64,000 nt of DNA from Octopus sinensis (taxonomy: Eukaryota). This document shows positions 34,991-48,167 of this stretch, piece by piece (the stretch's first letter is position 1; each line of letters begins with the position of its first letter). The notes under the pieces were generated by a model. It saw only the letters and a program-made list of their open reading frames with translations, was not told where the DNA came from and made no database searches. The position numbers were made by a program, and so were the translations under genes. The DNA is taken from contig NC_043019.1 in the NCBI RefSeq assembly GCF_006345805.1, positions 9,981,360 through 10,045,359 of the forward strand, read 5' to 3'.

Positions 34991-37900
34991 CTGCTGTTCA
35001 TAGTGGAACTGATAATGCAGGAGTCACTGCTGCTTATTCTTTCGGCTTTGATAAAATAAGTACCAGTTATACATTGGGGTCGATGTAATCGACTTACCCC
35101 CTCCCACGAACTTGCTGGCCTTGAGCCACAATTTGAACCATTATTTTAAAATATGTCTGAAGAATTGTGTTGTAGGGGTTGGCTGCGTAAGACGGTTTCA
35201 CCGGCAAACCCTCCTCCCTCTTTCCTCTTCTCCTGGATGGATGACAAAGACGACACCATTTTAAATCTTTGAGTGTCTCGAAGAGATTTCTTTCTTTTAA
35301 AACGTTGTCCAATGGGGCAAATAACAAAAACGGTTGCTCAATCTCTTATGGTTCTCGTTGACTAAGAAAGAAGACAGACAGATAACGTTATTTACCGATT
35401 TATTATGGTAGTGAGCTACTAACTGAGGAATTCATACTTTGTATTTTATCTTTGGCATTCGCATTATGTTCAGAGCTAATGTACTTGACTTTCACTTCAG
35501 TTCCGCCGTAAATAGAGTTTCAAGATATACGTAGCACATTGCTTTTAGCTGGTGTTTCTCATAAAGGCATGTGAAGATTAAAGCAAGTGGTTAAACTCTA
35601 TAGCAAAGAAGAGGAATAATATAGATTCAAACTATTTCATTTTTCCATTATAAAAATGAAAATGAGCAAAGAATTTCACTTTATATGGGGAGTATATCGT
35701 ATTGACCATTTTAGAACTACTGCTTTAAGCGACAGAAGTAGTATGTAACTGAGAAAAGTTTTGCCAGTTTACTATGCTGAATTGAACTTTCGACACCAAA
35801 TCGTGGTGAAGAATTGGTTCCACTAAGATGACGTACGCAACACTATATCTCTAATGTTGTTCATACAGCCAAATGGTTCAGATTTCTCAATACCACCACT
35901 ACCACAACAACCACAACCACCGTTACAACAATCATCATTATTCACATCATGACCACCAGCTCAGTGGAAGAAGACATGCGTAGTTGCTTACAAGTTAGAG
36001 TAATAAAAGCGGATGATAAATCACTTGTAATGTACTTCCAAGGGTTTTTGAAGACGAGAAAGAAATTACAATTAAGTCGTAAATTTAACGGTTTCTGTTT
36101 GACTTCAGTTGCTTGTTTTTTTCTCTTCCTTTAAATTTGACTTTCGTTGCTCAGATTGAGCAGAAAATAGCATTATAGTGGTTGAAATAGGTTACTTGTC
36201 AATTTATCAAGAATTTCAAGACAATCTTCGAATTCAAGACTAGACTTGATTCAAGAAGAGGCATCAGAAGAACAATAAATTTGAAAAACTCCATTTGCTG
36301 ATAAAAATGAATTCCAAACAAGTCATCACTCAATTGTAATAATGATTGAAATTAGTATTATAAGATATAGTACAATTAACTAAATGTGGAATGATTTATA
36401 TGTAACTATAATTGTTGTAGCGGTCATGTATATTAAAATATCACAAATTACAAATGATCAGTGATCGTAAAGCTGCTGGTCCAGAGTGAAAACTCACAAC
36501 GTTTTTATTTTCTTAACCTTGTATGGAATATTGATAATAATGACTTTTAAGTTCTGTTGTGTCTGGGGAGAGTCATTTTCTTTTTGTGCCTTATAATTTA
36601 ACACACGTACCGGTAAAATTTCCACTTATTTCTTATTTTTCATTTTCCTAAAATTTTCGTTGCGTCTTACAACCTTTTCAATAGTCTTAATTCTCACTAG
36701 TCTTAACTTTTAAGTTAAGTTTCGTATATAATTTCAGTACCAAATTTTATTTAACTTTCACAAGACGTGACGAATAGCTTTTATTTAGATCCATGTATGG
36801 ATATTTTATCCACAAAATTTGTGAATATAGCCTTGTGTTTACTGGAATTTGATTATTCAACACAACAACCCAACAAGCCGAGACCGATGAAATTTTTATT
36901 ACTGTGAACATAAGGGGAAATTGGATCCCATTCTAGTTATTCCTCCACCACGCATATTGCGTTAATCACTGAGAGAGCTGAACTCAAATTCTGCGAAGAA
37001 TCGACAAAATACAAGAAACTATTTTAGTTGTCTTGTTTCTATTTTCTATTCGAATTAAGTGCTTATAATGTCTATCAATTATATTAGCTACTTTAAAAAG
37101 CAAATGATCAGGACACTACAATGCAACTGGTAACACAGCCGCTTTGTAATTGATAGTTACGTAGTTCAAATAATATCAACGAGAATGTTTTCCAGATTTG
37201 AATGTTTCCAGATTCTCATATCAATGAGAATGTTTTCCTGATTTGACTTCTATTTCTAGAGGTTGTGTTACCTGTCGAGGTTTCCCTCTTTGGATCGATC
37301 TCATTCTGATGGAAGAAGCTGTAATAAAGTTAGTAAAACAATTCAGATGTGAAAATGAAACCTGGAGTCTCAAAATTAACTGATCAAATACCAAACTTTA
37401 ACAAGTAGGAAAGCAGACAGAATTCTACTCCCTTGGGAAAAATGACCTTGCTTGATATGTCGTGTACCAGTGCAAACTGTGGATGCATATGAATTGCAGT
37501 GAAATCATTGGCAAGTTTAAAGAAAAAGACTTTATACGTGTTATATGCACTGGAGCAATAAACAGTACGAACTCACAGGGAATAATATTCCTTAGATGTT
37601 CAGTAGGAGCTCTAGAGATGCTTATATAACTTCTTGTTATCTGGGTAACTTGATCAGCAGTGGAGTAGGATGTTCTGAAAGTACAGCAGTTAGAGTAAGA
37701 ACGGACAAAAGAAAGTCAGAGGGCTATTACCCCTATTAGTACCCCAAATTTTTATTCTTAAAGTGAAAGGCTGATTGTATGGTATTTGTATACGAACTGC
37801 AATGTTACATGGTTGTGAAACATGAGCCTTGAATATATATATTCAAGAAAGAATATATATATTCAAGAAAGAAATAAAGCAAAGGTGATTCACTGAATGT

Positions 37901-38074
37901 GCAAAGTGTAAATGGATGACACATTTGTCAGGAGTACAGATGCGTTAAAAAAATAGCACTTAGAAGTAGTGTGTAAGAGAGAAGACCGTATATCTATGGA
38001 CATACCAAGTATATGGATGAGATCAGCTGTATAAAAGTGTGTCGATCTCTTAATGAGGATGGAAGCTGTGGATG

Positions 38075-38535
38075 TAATTTAAGGAATGCTGCTTGCTTGA
38101 GCTTTCCTTTCACAAAAGTTGCTTTTGCACACTTATCAAGGCCAAAATCCATCCCGATGTCATTGCTGAACACTTTAACAGTTGTGAACATCCCTACTAG
38201 TTCTTCGACATTTCTAGCAAACAGCTTCTGATCGTCCATATAAAACAGATGATTTACTATAATACTATACATTTTTAACCCATACCTCGTGTTACTCAGT
38301 TCGTTTGAGAGTGGGATCAGTGCTATGCAAAAGAGTAATAGGGAGAGGGAGTCACCTTGAAAGATGCCTCGTTTGATGTTGATGTTGTTAGATTGGCTCA
38401 TCCCATTTCTATGGTTTAGGAGACGTGTATTTCACTTGGCCATGCCACCCTGTAAGAATTTGTATACTACAGGAGAGATCTTGTTTATCTCGAGGGTTTT
38501 TAGTAGCCGATTATGTGGGATACTATCAAATGCTT
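38075..38535 (-). mobile_element. R4/Dong-like RT fragment
   Basis: KAFDSIPHNRLLKTL..INIKRGIFQGDSLSLLLFCIAL..NHLFYMDDQKLF..DIGMDFGLDKCAK. Confidence 0.85.
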
Positions 38536-38544
38536 TTAATTATT

Positions 38545-38574
38545 ATTAATTATATTATTATTATTATTATTATT

Positions 38575-38621
<47 letters not shown>

Positions 38622-38665
38622 CGTCGTCGTCGTTGTTGTTGTTGTTGTTGTTATTATTATTATTA
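38545..38665 (+). repeat. (TTA)n(TTG)n(TCG)n compound microsatellite
   Basis: Seen directly. Confidence 0.95.
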
Positions 38666-39219
38666 AATGAGAGAGCAGTGCATACCGCCGTCAATGTGAC
38701 ACTGGTGTAAAATATACAAAGCCCAGTATACCCATCATGACTACTTGTCTCATAAGGATGTTGAACAAAACACCCATATTTCCAAAGGTGAATTATCCAA
38801 ACCCCAAAGAATGCCTCTCGACACATGGCTATGATGCTCCCATACTACTTCTGCTCGTGATCAGAGATGCACATATTGTTGACCACTAAGGGACATGGTC
38901 ATCTGGTTAAGGTCAAACAACTGACAAGCAAATTACTTTTAATCTACATGTTTGTCAGAATCACTTGCCGAGACACACCCAACGTTTTGGGGCGAGCGAA
39001 GGATAAGAGATGTTACAGTATTACTGAAAGCTTGGGGAGGGGAAGTGGCAGGGGCAGTCAAAAAATATCATGTAATGCAACACAGACATTTAAATGGATA
39101 GGATTCTTCTAAGGATGTGAACAGTACTTGTCAGCACAGTCTTTTGGATTCCTCTGAGGCATGGGTCTCCTAGAATCTTATCTAGATGTTTCTGACTTCC
39201 CTTTTTTTTATCATACAGT

Positions 39220-39468
39220 TGTGATGAGAATTAATACACCCCCTTGTGAGAGATAGACTGGTCCGAGTAAAGTATAAATAGTAGCAATCCGAGTGAGTTC
39301 AGAATTCAGAGTTCGGAGTTGAGTGAGGCTCGTCTTAATTTGCAGTGAAGTCAGAAGGTGTCGGTTGGTTAGTTCACAAGAAATATTGATTGTTGGTTCG
39401 TAAGGAAACTTGTTAGTTTGTTACGTTGTTTTTATTGTTTTCTGGTTATACTTAACAAATTACGTTAC
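39220..39468 (+). mobile_element. 5' LTR of a Ty3/Gypsy element
   Basis: TG..CA ends, TATAAAT near 39273, followed by PBS-like TGGTGATGAG at 39471 and then gag. Confidence 0.65.
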
Positions 39469-41545
39469 ATCTGGTGATGAGCGTTTTGAAGCTCACGTAA
39501 GTTATTTAACAATTTGTTCGTGATACAACTTGATAAATGATTGAAGACCTATTAGCTTCTATAGTACAGTTGAAAAGGCAACAGCAAGAGCAGCAACAGG
39601 ACTCGAAGAAACAACTATTACGGCAACAACTACAACAACAACAATTATTGGAGCTATAGTCAAAGAAGTCCAGAAATGAAGTAAGTTCGTTTTCGCCAGA
39701 CGACCTATCGAACTCGATTAATGAATTCAATTATAACCCAGAGGAGGGTATAACTTTTGCATCGTAATACAGAAGGTACGAAGAAATGTTTAAGCAAGAT
39801 TGCAAATCATGGTCAGACAAACAAAAAGTGAGATTATTATTGTGAAAATTAGCCCCATTAGAACATGAATGTTACTGTAATTTCGTATTGCCCCCCCCCC
39901 CCCAAAAAAAAAACCCAATGAAGTTTGTTTTAAAGAAACAATAGAATTACTGTCTAACATATTCGGTGATAAAACTTCTCTATTTAGCACTCGAATGAAG
40001 TGTTGGAATATAACAAAAAAGAGAATGGGAATTTTATCACATACGCAGAAACTGTCAACCGGTTGTGTGAATGTTTTAAACTCAAAGAACTTACACCTGA
40101 GATGTTTGGGTGTATTATTTTCGTACAATGCCTTACAGCAAGTGAAGATACAGAATTTCGGGCAAGAATTATTTTTAAATTGGAATAAGCGAACCAAGAT
40201 CTAACATTACAGTCCGTAGCAGAAGAATGCCAAAGAGTGATAAACCTGAAACATAATGTAGAAAAAATTTTAGAAAAGGATTCCTCAAAAGTACAGATGT
40301 TTCGACTGGAAAGTACAACCAAAAAAGAGCGCCACATCCTAAACCATGTTGTGGATGTTGGGGGCATACATTTCAGAAAAACTGCCCATTTAAAAATCAA
40401 AAATGTTACAGTTGCAAAAGAATTGGTCACAAGAATTTACACTGCAGAACAAAATTACGATGGTCAAACGTTAAAAATCCTAAAGTGCTCTCAGCAAAAA
40501 CAAAAATCGACTCCCAAATAAACAAATTCGCACACGTAAAAATAAATGGAATACATATTAAACTTCAACTTGATACTAGAAGTGATATTTCAATAATAAA
40601 TATGGACACATGGAAGAAAATAAGGAAACATGTTGAGAAAAACAGTGAAATCTGCTCGTGGCGTGACGGGGACTAATGTCACATTTTGAGGGAAAACATG
40701 CAACCGATCTGTTTGGTACAGATTGGTTAGAATTATTCGATTTATAGGACCTCCCCATAAATCTCTATTGTAAAAGCGTAATTGATTGTTCCTCTAAAAA
40801 TATTTCGTCTGAAGAGCTAAAGAGAAAATTTTTTTTAATGTTTCCGCAAGTACTCTCGAGCAAACTAGGTCTATGCACAAAAACTGAAGTGTGTTTTGAA
40901 TTTGACGATAACGTTACACCTTTGTTCGAGCCTAAGAGGAAAGTGCCTTTTGCAACAATATGGACGATGAGTTAGACTGATTGGAAAAAAACGGAATTAT
41001 CGTAAAGTGGATTACGCGAAACTTTTGGACGGTTTAAATGACTGTTTGAAAATTAACCCCAGAAGATATTTTTACAAAACTAAACGAAGGAAAAATATTT
41101 TCGAAACCCGATCTCTTTGCCGTATATCTACAAATCAAAGTTGTTAAAAAATGCTCAATACGCACAGGAGTCTATACAAATACAATAGACTACCTTTTGG
41201 ACTGAACGTAGCACCTGTTATATTTCAACAGGTGATGAATGCGATGTTGGCCAATTTACTATTCCTACCTTGATGCCGTGTTAATCAAAAGCGAATCGTG
41301 GAATGAGTATATCGAATACGTGAAGTGCTTCTTTGAAAAAATTAAGGTTTATGATTTCAGACTCAAAGTGTGATTTTTTTTTTTTTTTGCCTAAAATCAA
41401 ATACCCAGGTCAAGTCTTAGATAGGAATGGAAGACGTCCTGACCCGTCGAGGACAGACGCAATCAAGAATATGCCTCCTCCAACGAATATACTGGCATTA
41501 CAAGCTTTTCTTGGCCTAGAAAATTACTATCAACAGTACCTGGCT
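39469..41545 (+). mobile_element. Mag-like Ty3/Gypsy internal region (gag, protease, RT), degenerate, truncated before RNase H
   Basis: Gag EFNYNPEEGITF..YRRYEEMFKQDCKSWSDKQKVRLLL; protease KLQLDTRSDISI; RT YNRLPFGL..APVIFQQVM..KIKYPGQVLDRNGRRPDP..LQAFLGL. Confidence 0.85.
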
Positions 41546-43735
41546 GCACGTTGATTTGGAGACTGCCGAAGACATCCCTGAACTGATCAACCTACTTGGT
41601 GGAACACAATTATTTGTAGTAGCAGAGGGAAGACAGCTGAGATGTCACGTTTGTGACAAAACAAACCATTTAAAGGCTTTCTGCCCCACACAAAGATAAG
41701 AACCTGTTCCTGCGGACACTTTCAAGGCAATTACAACAACAACAGGACCACCACCAACGACAACAACAACAGCACCACTACCAACAACAGCAACAGCACC
41801 ACCAACAACAACAGCACCACTACCGCCAACAATACCAACAGCATCAGTGCCAAGAACAGTAACATCCAAAACCAAAACAACAGCAGCAGCAGCAGAAAGA
41901 GAAGCAGGAGAAATCCATTTAACAACATCAGTAGCAAACACCGGTGCCACACCCAAGAAAAACTAAAACAATACCTTCACCATCACAACTGAGAGTAATG
42001 TCACCCACACCAGTCGAGCAAATCACCAGCTTACAAATACGCAACTGGGCAGACACACCCATCTGCTACAGATTTTCCGACTGTGTAAATTTGTCAAGCG
42101 TGGAAAACAGTCTTGGAAACTTACCCGGTGAAACGAAAAGGTAAAAATGACAAAACAAAAAACGCGGTACAAGAGTAAAACTAGAGATTAGAGGAGGAGA
42201 TAGAGAAATCAGCAAAGCATCACACATCCACACACCCGACGCTGATGCAGCTACAGATATCTTTAACACTACAACCACCAATAACATAACTAACACATCA
42301 ACAAACGAAAACATAGCGATCCTGACCAACAACATGAACTGCACACCCAAGGCATCATTAATTAAACGACTATAGACACAAACAGCAAGGACTTAATAAA
42401 ACATATTCAAAATTCCACATCACTCTAAATGAATGCATTGCATCCCCGCATAATACCCCATTCACATAAAAATGATTAAAACAGCGTAACAATTTACAAC
42501 AAAGTCGAAGAAAATATCTCAAAAGAATGGGAGATACCCTAAATAAAAGGTCCTACAGAGAAATGTATATGGAGACATCCACAAATAATCAGAACAGAAC
42601 ATCTGTCTCTATACAAAAAATAGGATGTGACTCTCTTCATTCTCCTTCACTCAGATAAGCATGACCTTTCTCAGAACAGGCAGTGTAAATGCACGTGGCA
42701 TGGAATCACCTTGGAAACAGAGACACCTACTCAATGACCTCAGGTCACTAAGTGGCATAGAGTGGCTGTCAGTGAAACCAGACTCACCGACCGACGAGCT
42801 TTCATGTCTTTCTTTCGATGGATATGAGATTTGCTTATCTCCGTCTCAACCGAGAATGGAAGAGGGCTGACAGTGGTGTTGTTCTGGAGAGGATCTCAAG
42901 ATAAGGACCATCTTCCCGGATCCAGACAGTAAGTTGGTGGTCCTGGATATGAACAATAGTGACGGGGATGCTTCAGACTAGCAGGTGTTTATACTCGGAC
43001 AGGTGCAGGATAACCATATTTCTTCAGACGTCTGGAGGTTTTCCTGGGAATTTTCGACTTTTAGTGCTAATGATTGATTGGGACGCCATCTTGAACTCAC
43101 GTTTGGATTGTGTGTGGCTAGTTGTTAGAAGAGGGGTGCAAAAGCCTCGCAAACTTCCTCAGGCGTTTTCAACTGTCTGACATGGACAGACCGTCATATC
43201 TAGACAAAGTATTCTGTTGGCCAGTGGTAGGGATTCAGTTACTGGAAGCTGAACACGTCAATCCCGACATGTGAAGCTTATAGAGACCAGATTAGTGAAT
43301 TAGTTAAACGAGATTTGATGGGAGTCAATCGTCAACAATAAATGGTGGTTTACCCTCAAAAAAGAAATTAGAGTAGAATTGATTAGATTCGCTAAGGCAT
43401 TAGCGATAGAAAGGAATAGAATAGAGGAAAACTTAGCTAGAAACTTAGAAGAGGCGCTTAGGAAAGGCATCGCAACCAACGTGATGGCGGCGAAATTGGC
43501 CTCCTGAACCAATTCTTCAACGCTAGACACGAAGGATTCATTGTCAGAGCTAAGGCACGTGCTGTCAGACAAGAGGGAGCGTAAGTCGCTCGATAGGCCC
43601 GATTGAAAGAGGCGCAACCTGGCAATAAATCCACAATTCGATCTTTGGTGAACTATCAACAGATATCTATCGCAACTGGTGGCAAAACGGGAGAATTCTC
43701 AATTTTGTGAGTCGAGGAACAGTGGCCCAAACAAG
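41546..43735 (+). mobile_element. Tx1-like LINE: ORF1 C-terminal part, spacer, ORF2 endonuclease and linker
   Basis: IPELINLLGGTQLFVVAEGRQLRCHVCDKTNHLKAFCP; ORF2 start MTFLRTGSVNARGMESPWKQRHLLNDLRSL; linker WWFTLKKEIRVELIRF. Confidence 0.75.
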
Positions 43736-43739
43736 AGGG

Positions 43740-44380
43740 GTCAAAATGAAGGTGTCCAGGACTTCGTCACAGTCCCCTTCATCTCATTTCTCTACAAAAT
43801 GACTGCCTCTGGTGTTCCCCTTCATCTTGGAGACAATCAAAAGTCACAAGAAGGAAGGTCTGAACTATAAAGAGTTTGATGGATAGCTTTGACGACCATC
43901 TCTGTCAAGTAGTTCCATCACCAGGATGGAATTGTGGATTGGTGCAGGTACCACTGACCAGAGTGAAAGAGCTCTGACCTTTTGCGACGAAGTTTCTTCC
44001 CGAACTCCCTCAAAACCTCCACAAAGTGTTGACCGTCTGACAAGAGGGAATCTAGTGGGTGGTAATGACGTCCTTGCTATTGAAAATGGAGCTCAGCATG
44101 AACTTGTTGGTGGACTTGCTTTGCCTGGCCTTCTTGGGTCTTGGGGAACTAGGACACTTCTGTTGGTTACTGTGTCTCTTGGTCTTTCGACCGTAAGACC
44201 TACCGTCACGGGTCACCTGAACTCAAATACTCTTGGATTGAAGGTAATGAGCTCAGCCATCTCCGTGCTGTCACCATTGCATCTTTCCTTTACACACATT
44301 TTATGCATGGTCAGATCTTCATGGGTAATTGTGTGGATAGTTGCCACACCAACTCCAAACTGTATGCTTCTGGGATGAAA
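43740..44380 (-). mobile_element. Degenerate mariner transposase fragment
   Basis: PRPKKARQSKSTNK..GQTVN..VEVLREFGKKLRRKRSELFHSGQWYLHQ..SDLPSCDF remnants. Confidence 0.75.
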
Positions 44381-44862
44381 AGTTGGCAAGTCAGCTTATT
44401 AGATGTTTAGTAATGATAGACTAAAGTTACAATAATCCAGGACTGTTACCACTGCCTCGCCTAAAAATACCTCAAACCTTCTGGGATGGACCCCGTACAG
44501 TTTTGTGTGTGTGCGCGCATGAATGTTCCTTCACTTGTTAAATTGATATAGTTTATTATTTCTTCCTTCAGTAAGTGACTTCGAACAATACTCTCTACAC
44601 AAATGAGCTTCTGTGCGATAATAAAGCATGGATGTTAGTGAGAAATTTAACTGTAACTCTATATTTAAAACTGAAACCGCACTTCATGAATAAATAACAG
44701 AATGAATTATTAATGAATGTTAGCAAAATTCTTCGTCGTGTTTTGGAGTGTAACATAAAGCAATGACAATATAATAAATTAAAAGTCACTAGAAATCTAG
44801 GTTAGTTGCTATATATTTTACGAGAAAATTCTTATTAAGCTTCCATTATTGGACGGCAAAAA

Positions 44863-45088
44863 AAGTGGCGAGCTGGCAGAATCGTTAGCACCCCAGACAA
44901 AATGCTTAGCGGCATTTCACCTGTCTTTTTGTTCTGAGTTCAAATTCCGCTGAGGTCGACTTTGCCTTTCATCCTTTTGCAGTCCACAAAATTAGCACCA
45001 GTTGAACACTGGGGTTGATGTAATCGACTTAATCCCTCATCCAAACCTGCTAGCTTTGTGACAAAAAATTAAATTATTATTATTATTA

Positions 45089-45136
<48 letters not shown>

Positions 45137-45400
45137 TACTACTACTACTACTACCAAAACGGCGAGTTGGCAGAAGCGTTAGCACACCGAGTGAAAGGCT
45201 TAGCCGTATTTTGTCTGCTGATACTTCTGAGTTCAAATTCCGCCGAGGCCGATTTTGCCTTTCATCCTTTCGAGGTCGATAAACTATGTACCAGTTACGT
45301 AATGAGATCGATGAAATAAGTACCAGTTACGCACTGGGGTCGATGTAATCGATTATCTCCTTCCACCAAATTTCAGGCCTTCCGCCTTTAGTAGGAAGGA
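44863..45400 (+). mobile_element. Two tandem SINE family 1 copies (44863-45070, 45156-45400) separated by (ATT)n(ACT)n
   Basis: Both start ..ggcgag(c/t)tggcagaa.cgttagcac. Confidence 0.85.
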
Positions 45401-45499
45401 TGATTATTATTACTACTGTTATTATTATCATGTTTGCCAGGGAAGGACGTCTCTTCGACGTGTTTTAAATTTTGAAGGATCAAAAAATGCAAAAAAACA

Positions 45500-46030
45500 T
45501 TCTCATGAAGTACTCAACATCCAAGAATCCATTGAACAACAAACCAATCTCAAAAATGTTGTCTATAAAACTTTAGCCACAAAAGTAAGAAAATAGAATA
45601 GGCGACACAGCAGCAAATTTGGAGCACCAAAACCTATGAGAGCAGAGGTAAAAGCACAGCACAGTTAAGACTAGCTTCTCTAAAGAGGATTAGGCCTGGA
45701 AGTACTCCATAATAAGCTCTAACGATTGACAAAATGCTTATCATCATCACAATTTCACTTGGCCGTAGGGTAGTTAAAGTAAAAATAACCAACGTGCCAC
45801 CAGAAATAAATATTTGCATGTTGGTGGCACTTAGCCTTTTTGATAGAGAAGGCAAAACCAACTTTATTCAAATACAGAAACTGCAGAAATAAAATAGATC
45901 AAGTCAAGGGATGGAGTTATTGGTCAAAACAGATTTCCAAAGCATGGAATCCATACTGGATCTGATTAATCTACCAGACAGTACAAAACTATACGTAACT
46001 TTTGAGGGTTTAAGGCTGTTGTTATTTCGT
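45500..46030 (+). mobile_element. Tx1-like ORF1 relic
   Basis: LGRRVVKVKITNVPPEIN..MESILDLINLPDSTKLYVTFEG, matching the other ORF1 copies. Confidence 0.6.
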
Positions 46031-48118
46031 GGTGACACAAACTATCCCAAGGCTTTCTGCAAGAATTTTTGTGACGATAATATTTCCATTAGGTTTTTGG
46101 AAAGGAAAATCAAGGCCACCATTCGATACCCCTCTCTTTAATCTCTGCCACATCATTCATGACTGTCAACTCCAACTCAAAAGCAAATTTCCATCAAAAT
46201 TGCTGGCTTTGTGTCCATAATAGAAAGGATTATTATTACCACAATCAGAAAGACCACGAAATTACAACAGCCTTAAATTGATTCTCAATTTGTGTCATTT
46301 CCTAATGTGTAATGGCTTCTTTCCCTTTGTCTCCTTTATTCATCCAATTGTTGGTCAGTTGGTCAGTAAATATTTCTTTCATTATTTTATCACAGACTTA
46401 ATCTCCCTCTCTCTCTTAAACAATCTCAAAAGTAGCCCATCCTCTGCATGGTTGTTTATTATGCTAGAAATACCAGGGATCATGTGGATATATTATAAGC
46501 ATACCAAATAGCCAATATATTCACCTGAGATTGTTTTTCCCAAAGTTTGCAGGGGCGAGTTCAGTTTTGTCTCCATTTCCATTCAGCTGATCTTCTATAG
46601 CTTGAAATCATGTTCAGATTAAGAGGCTCGGATGAACAGATTAAGAGGCTAGGATGAACATAATAGCAATTTGAAAGTGCTTTCATCTTATCCTTATGGT
46701 TTTAGATTACCTCCTCAAATCCTTCACTAAATGTTCATTGCCTTGGTGGAAAATAACATGCTTTTTCTGTGCATGTGTGCATTAGGTATGCATGTATGAG
46801 ACAGAAAAGAAGAGTTTTGAACATCCACTTGGTTGGGTTGTTAAAAAAGTCACATTTGAGGTTTATATATATTTTTTGTATAATAATTGGGTAGGAATAT
46901 ATTTTGCTTAGTTTACAAATATATTTAGTTTGCAATGAAAGCATATGTGCATTAATATATTTTGATCACGTGTAAAAAGAAATTGTTTGTTATTAAAAAG
47001 AAAAATGCTTTATTTTAAAAAAATTGCAGGTTCAGAATCTCTGATGTTCAAAATAATTTTTAAAGGCATAATAAAATGTTCCTTATAGAAAACTAACCAT
47101 TGTTTATAGCACATGAAATTGTGTAACATTTCTTTCATCAACATATATATGTGTACATTTTACTATTAATAACTTATATAAATATACAACTTCATAGTAC
47201 AGAAATGGGAAATTATATTTTACCATTCCTCTTCATTATACTGAACTATGGTAACATGAACAGAGGAAGTAGTAAGACATTAAAAGAGATTATCATGCAA
47301 TTTAAGATTTTAAAAAACACTCACGGTGAATTAAAGTTTATTGTTTGGTTGAAAAGACGTTTAAAACCACATTTTGATAAAAATATACTAAAACTGGAAT
47401 TTATAAGAATTTTCAGACAAAAGACATTTTAATTGTGACTTTCTTTCAGTAAAAGTTATGTGATTCCAATTAATCTTTAAGCAAGTTTCTCCATTACAGT
47501 ATAAATGTGTATCATAACAATCTTGGTCTTTGGATTTATTTTGTGTGTTGTAAATTATATGTGGTGTATGCTCATGTTTTTTACAGCTTATGTCACCTAG
47601 TGAGAGGTATAAAATGAAATATCTGACCCAGGGAATAAGCAAATACAGTGACTGCCAGCATAACATTATCCATCATACTTGCAATCACAGACATGTAACC
47701 TGTTAGAAATAGCAGCAAAATCTCCCTCATATCAAAAGTCACTTTCTTAGAAAATAAGAATACATCACATGCGGTGGACCTTGATAAAGCGATTAAGGTA
47801 AAAAAAAAGAAAAGAAGAAAAGACTAGGATGATCAAATGTAGGATTCTTTTGGACATAAGGTCAACCTGGATGTTGGGACTAAACAACTGCTACACTTAC
47901 AATTTGAGTAAAACAAATAAATAAATAAAATGCTGAGACAAGAGAGAAACAAAAGAAGTGTATGGGGACATTGCCTGGCTGGTTTGCTTGACTGAGTCGA
48001 GTAAAGAAATATATGAAAGGAAGATCATTATCAGCCAGTATAGAATGTGTGCCAAGCAATTAAATACTTGGCTTATAAATTTCTAAACCCTTTTCTCCCT
48101 ACACACACACACACACAC

Positions 48119-48167
<49 letters not shown>

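Noticed and set aside
44570-44700. Acceptor followed by SDFEQYSLHK* and AATAAA (possible terminal exon)
   Set aside because: Too short to identify and no upstream exons found
46525-46600. Possible minus-strand exon (tttcaag|..IEDQLNGNGDKTELAPANFGKNNL..|gtgaat)
   Set aside because: Open frame and GT/AG present, but weak acceptor, no recognisable homology and no partner exons found
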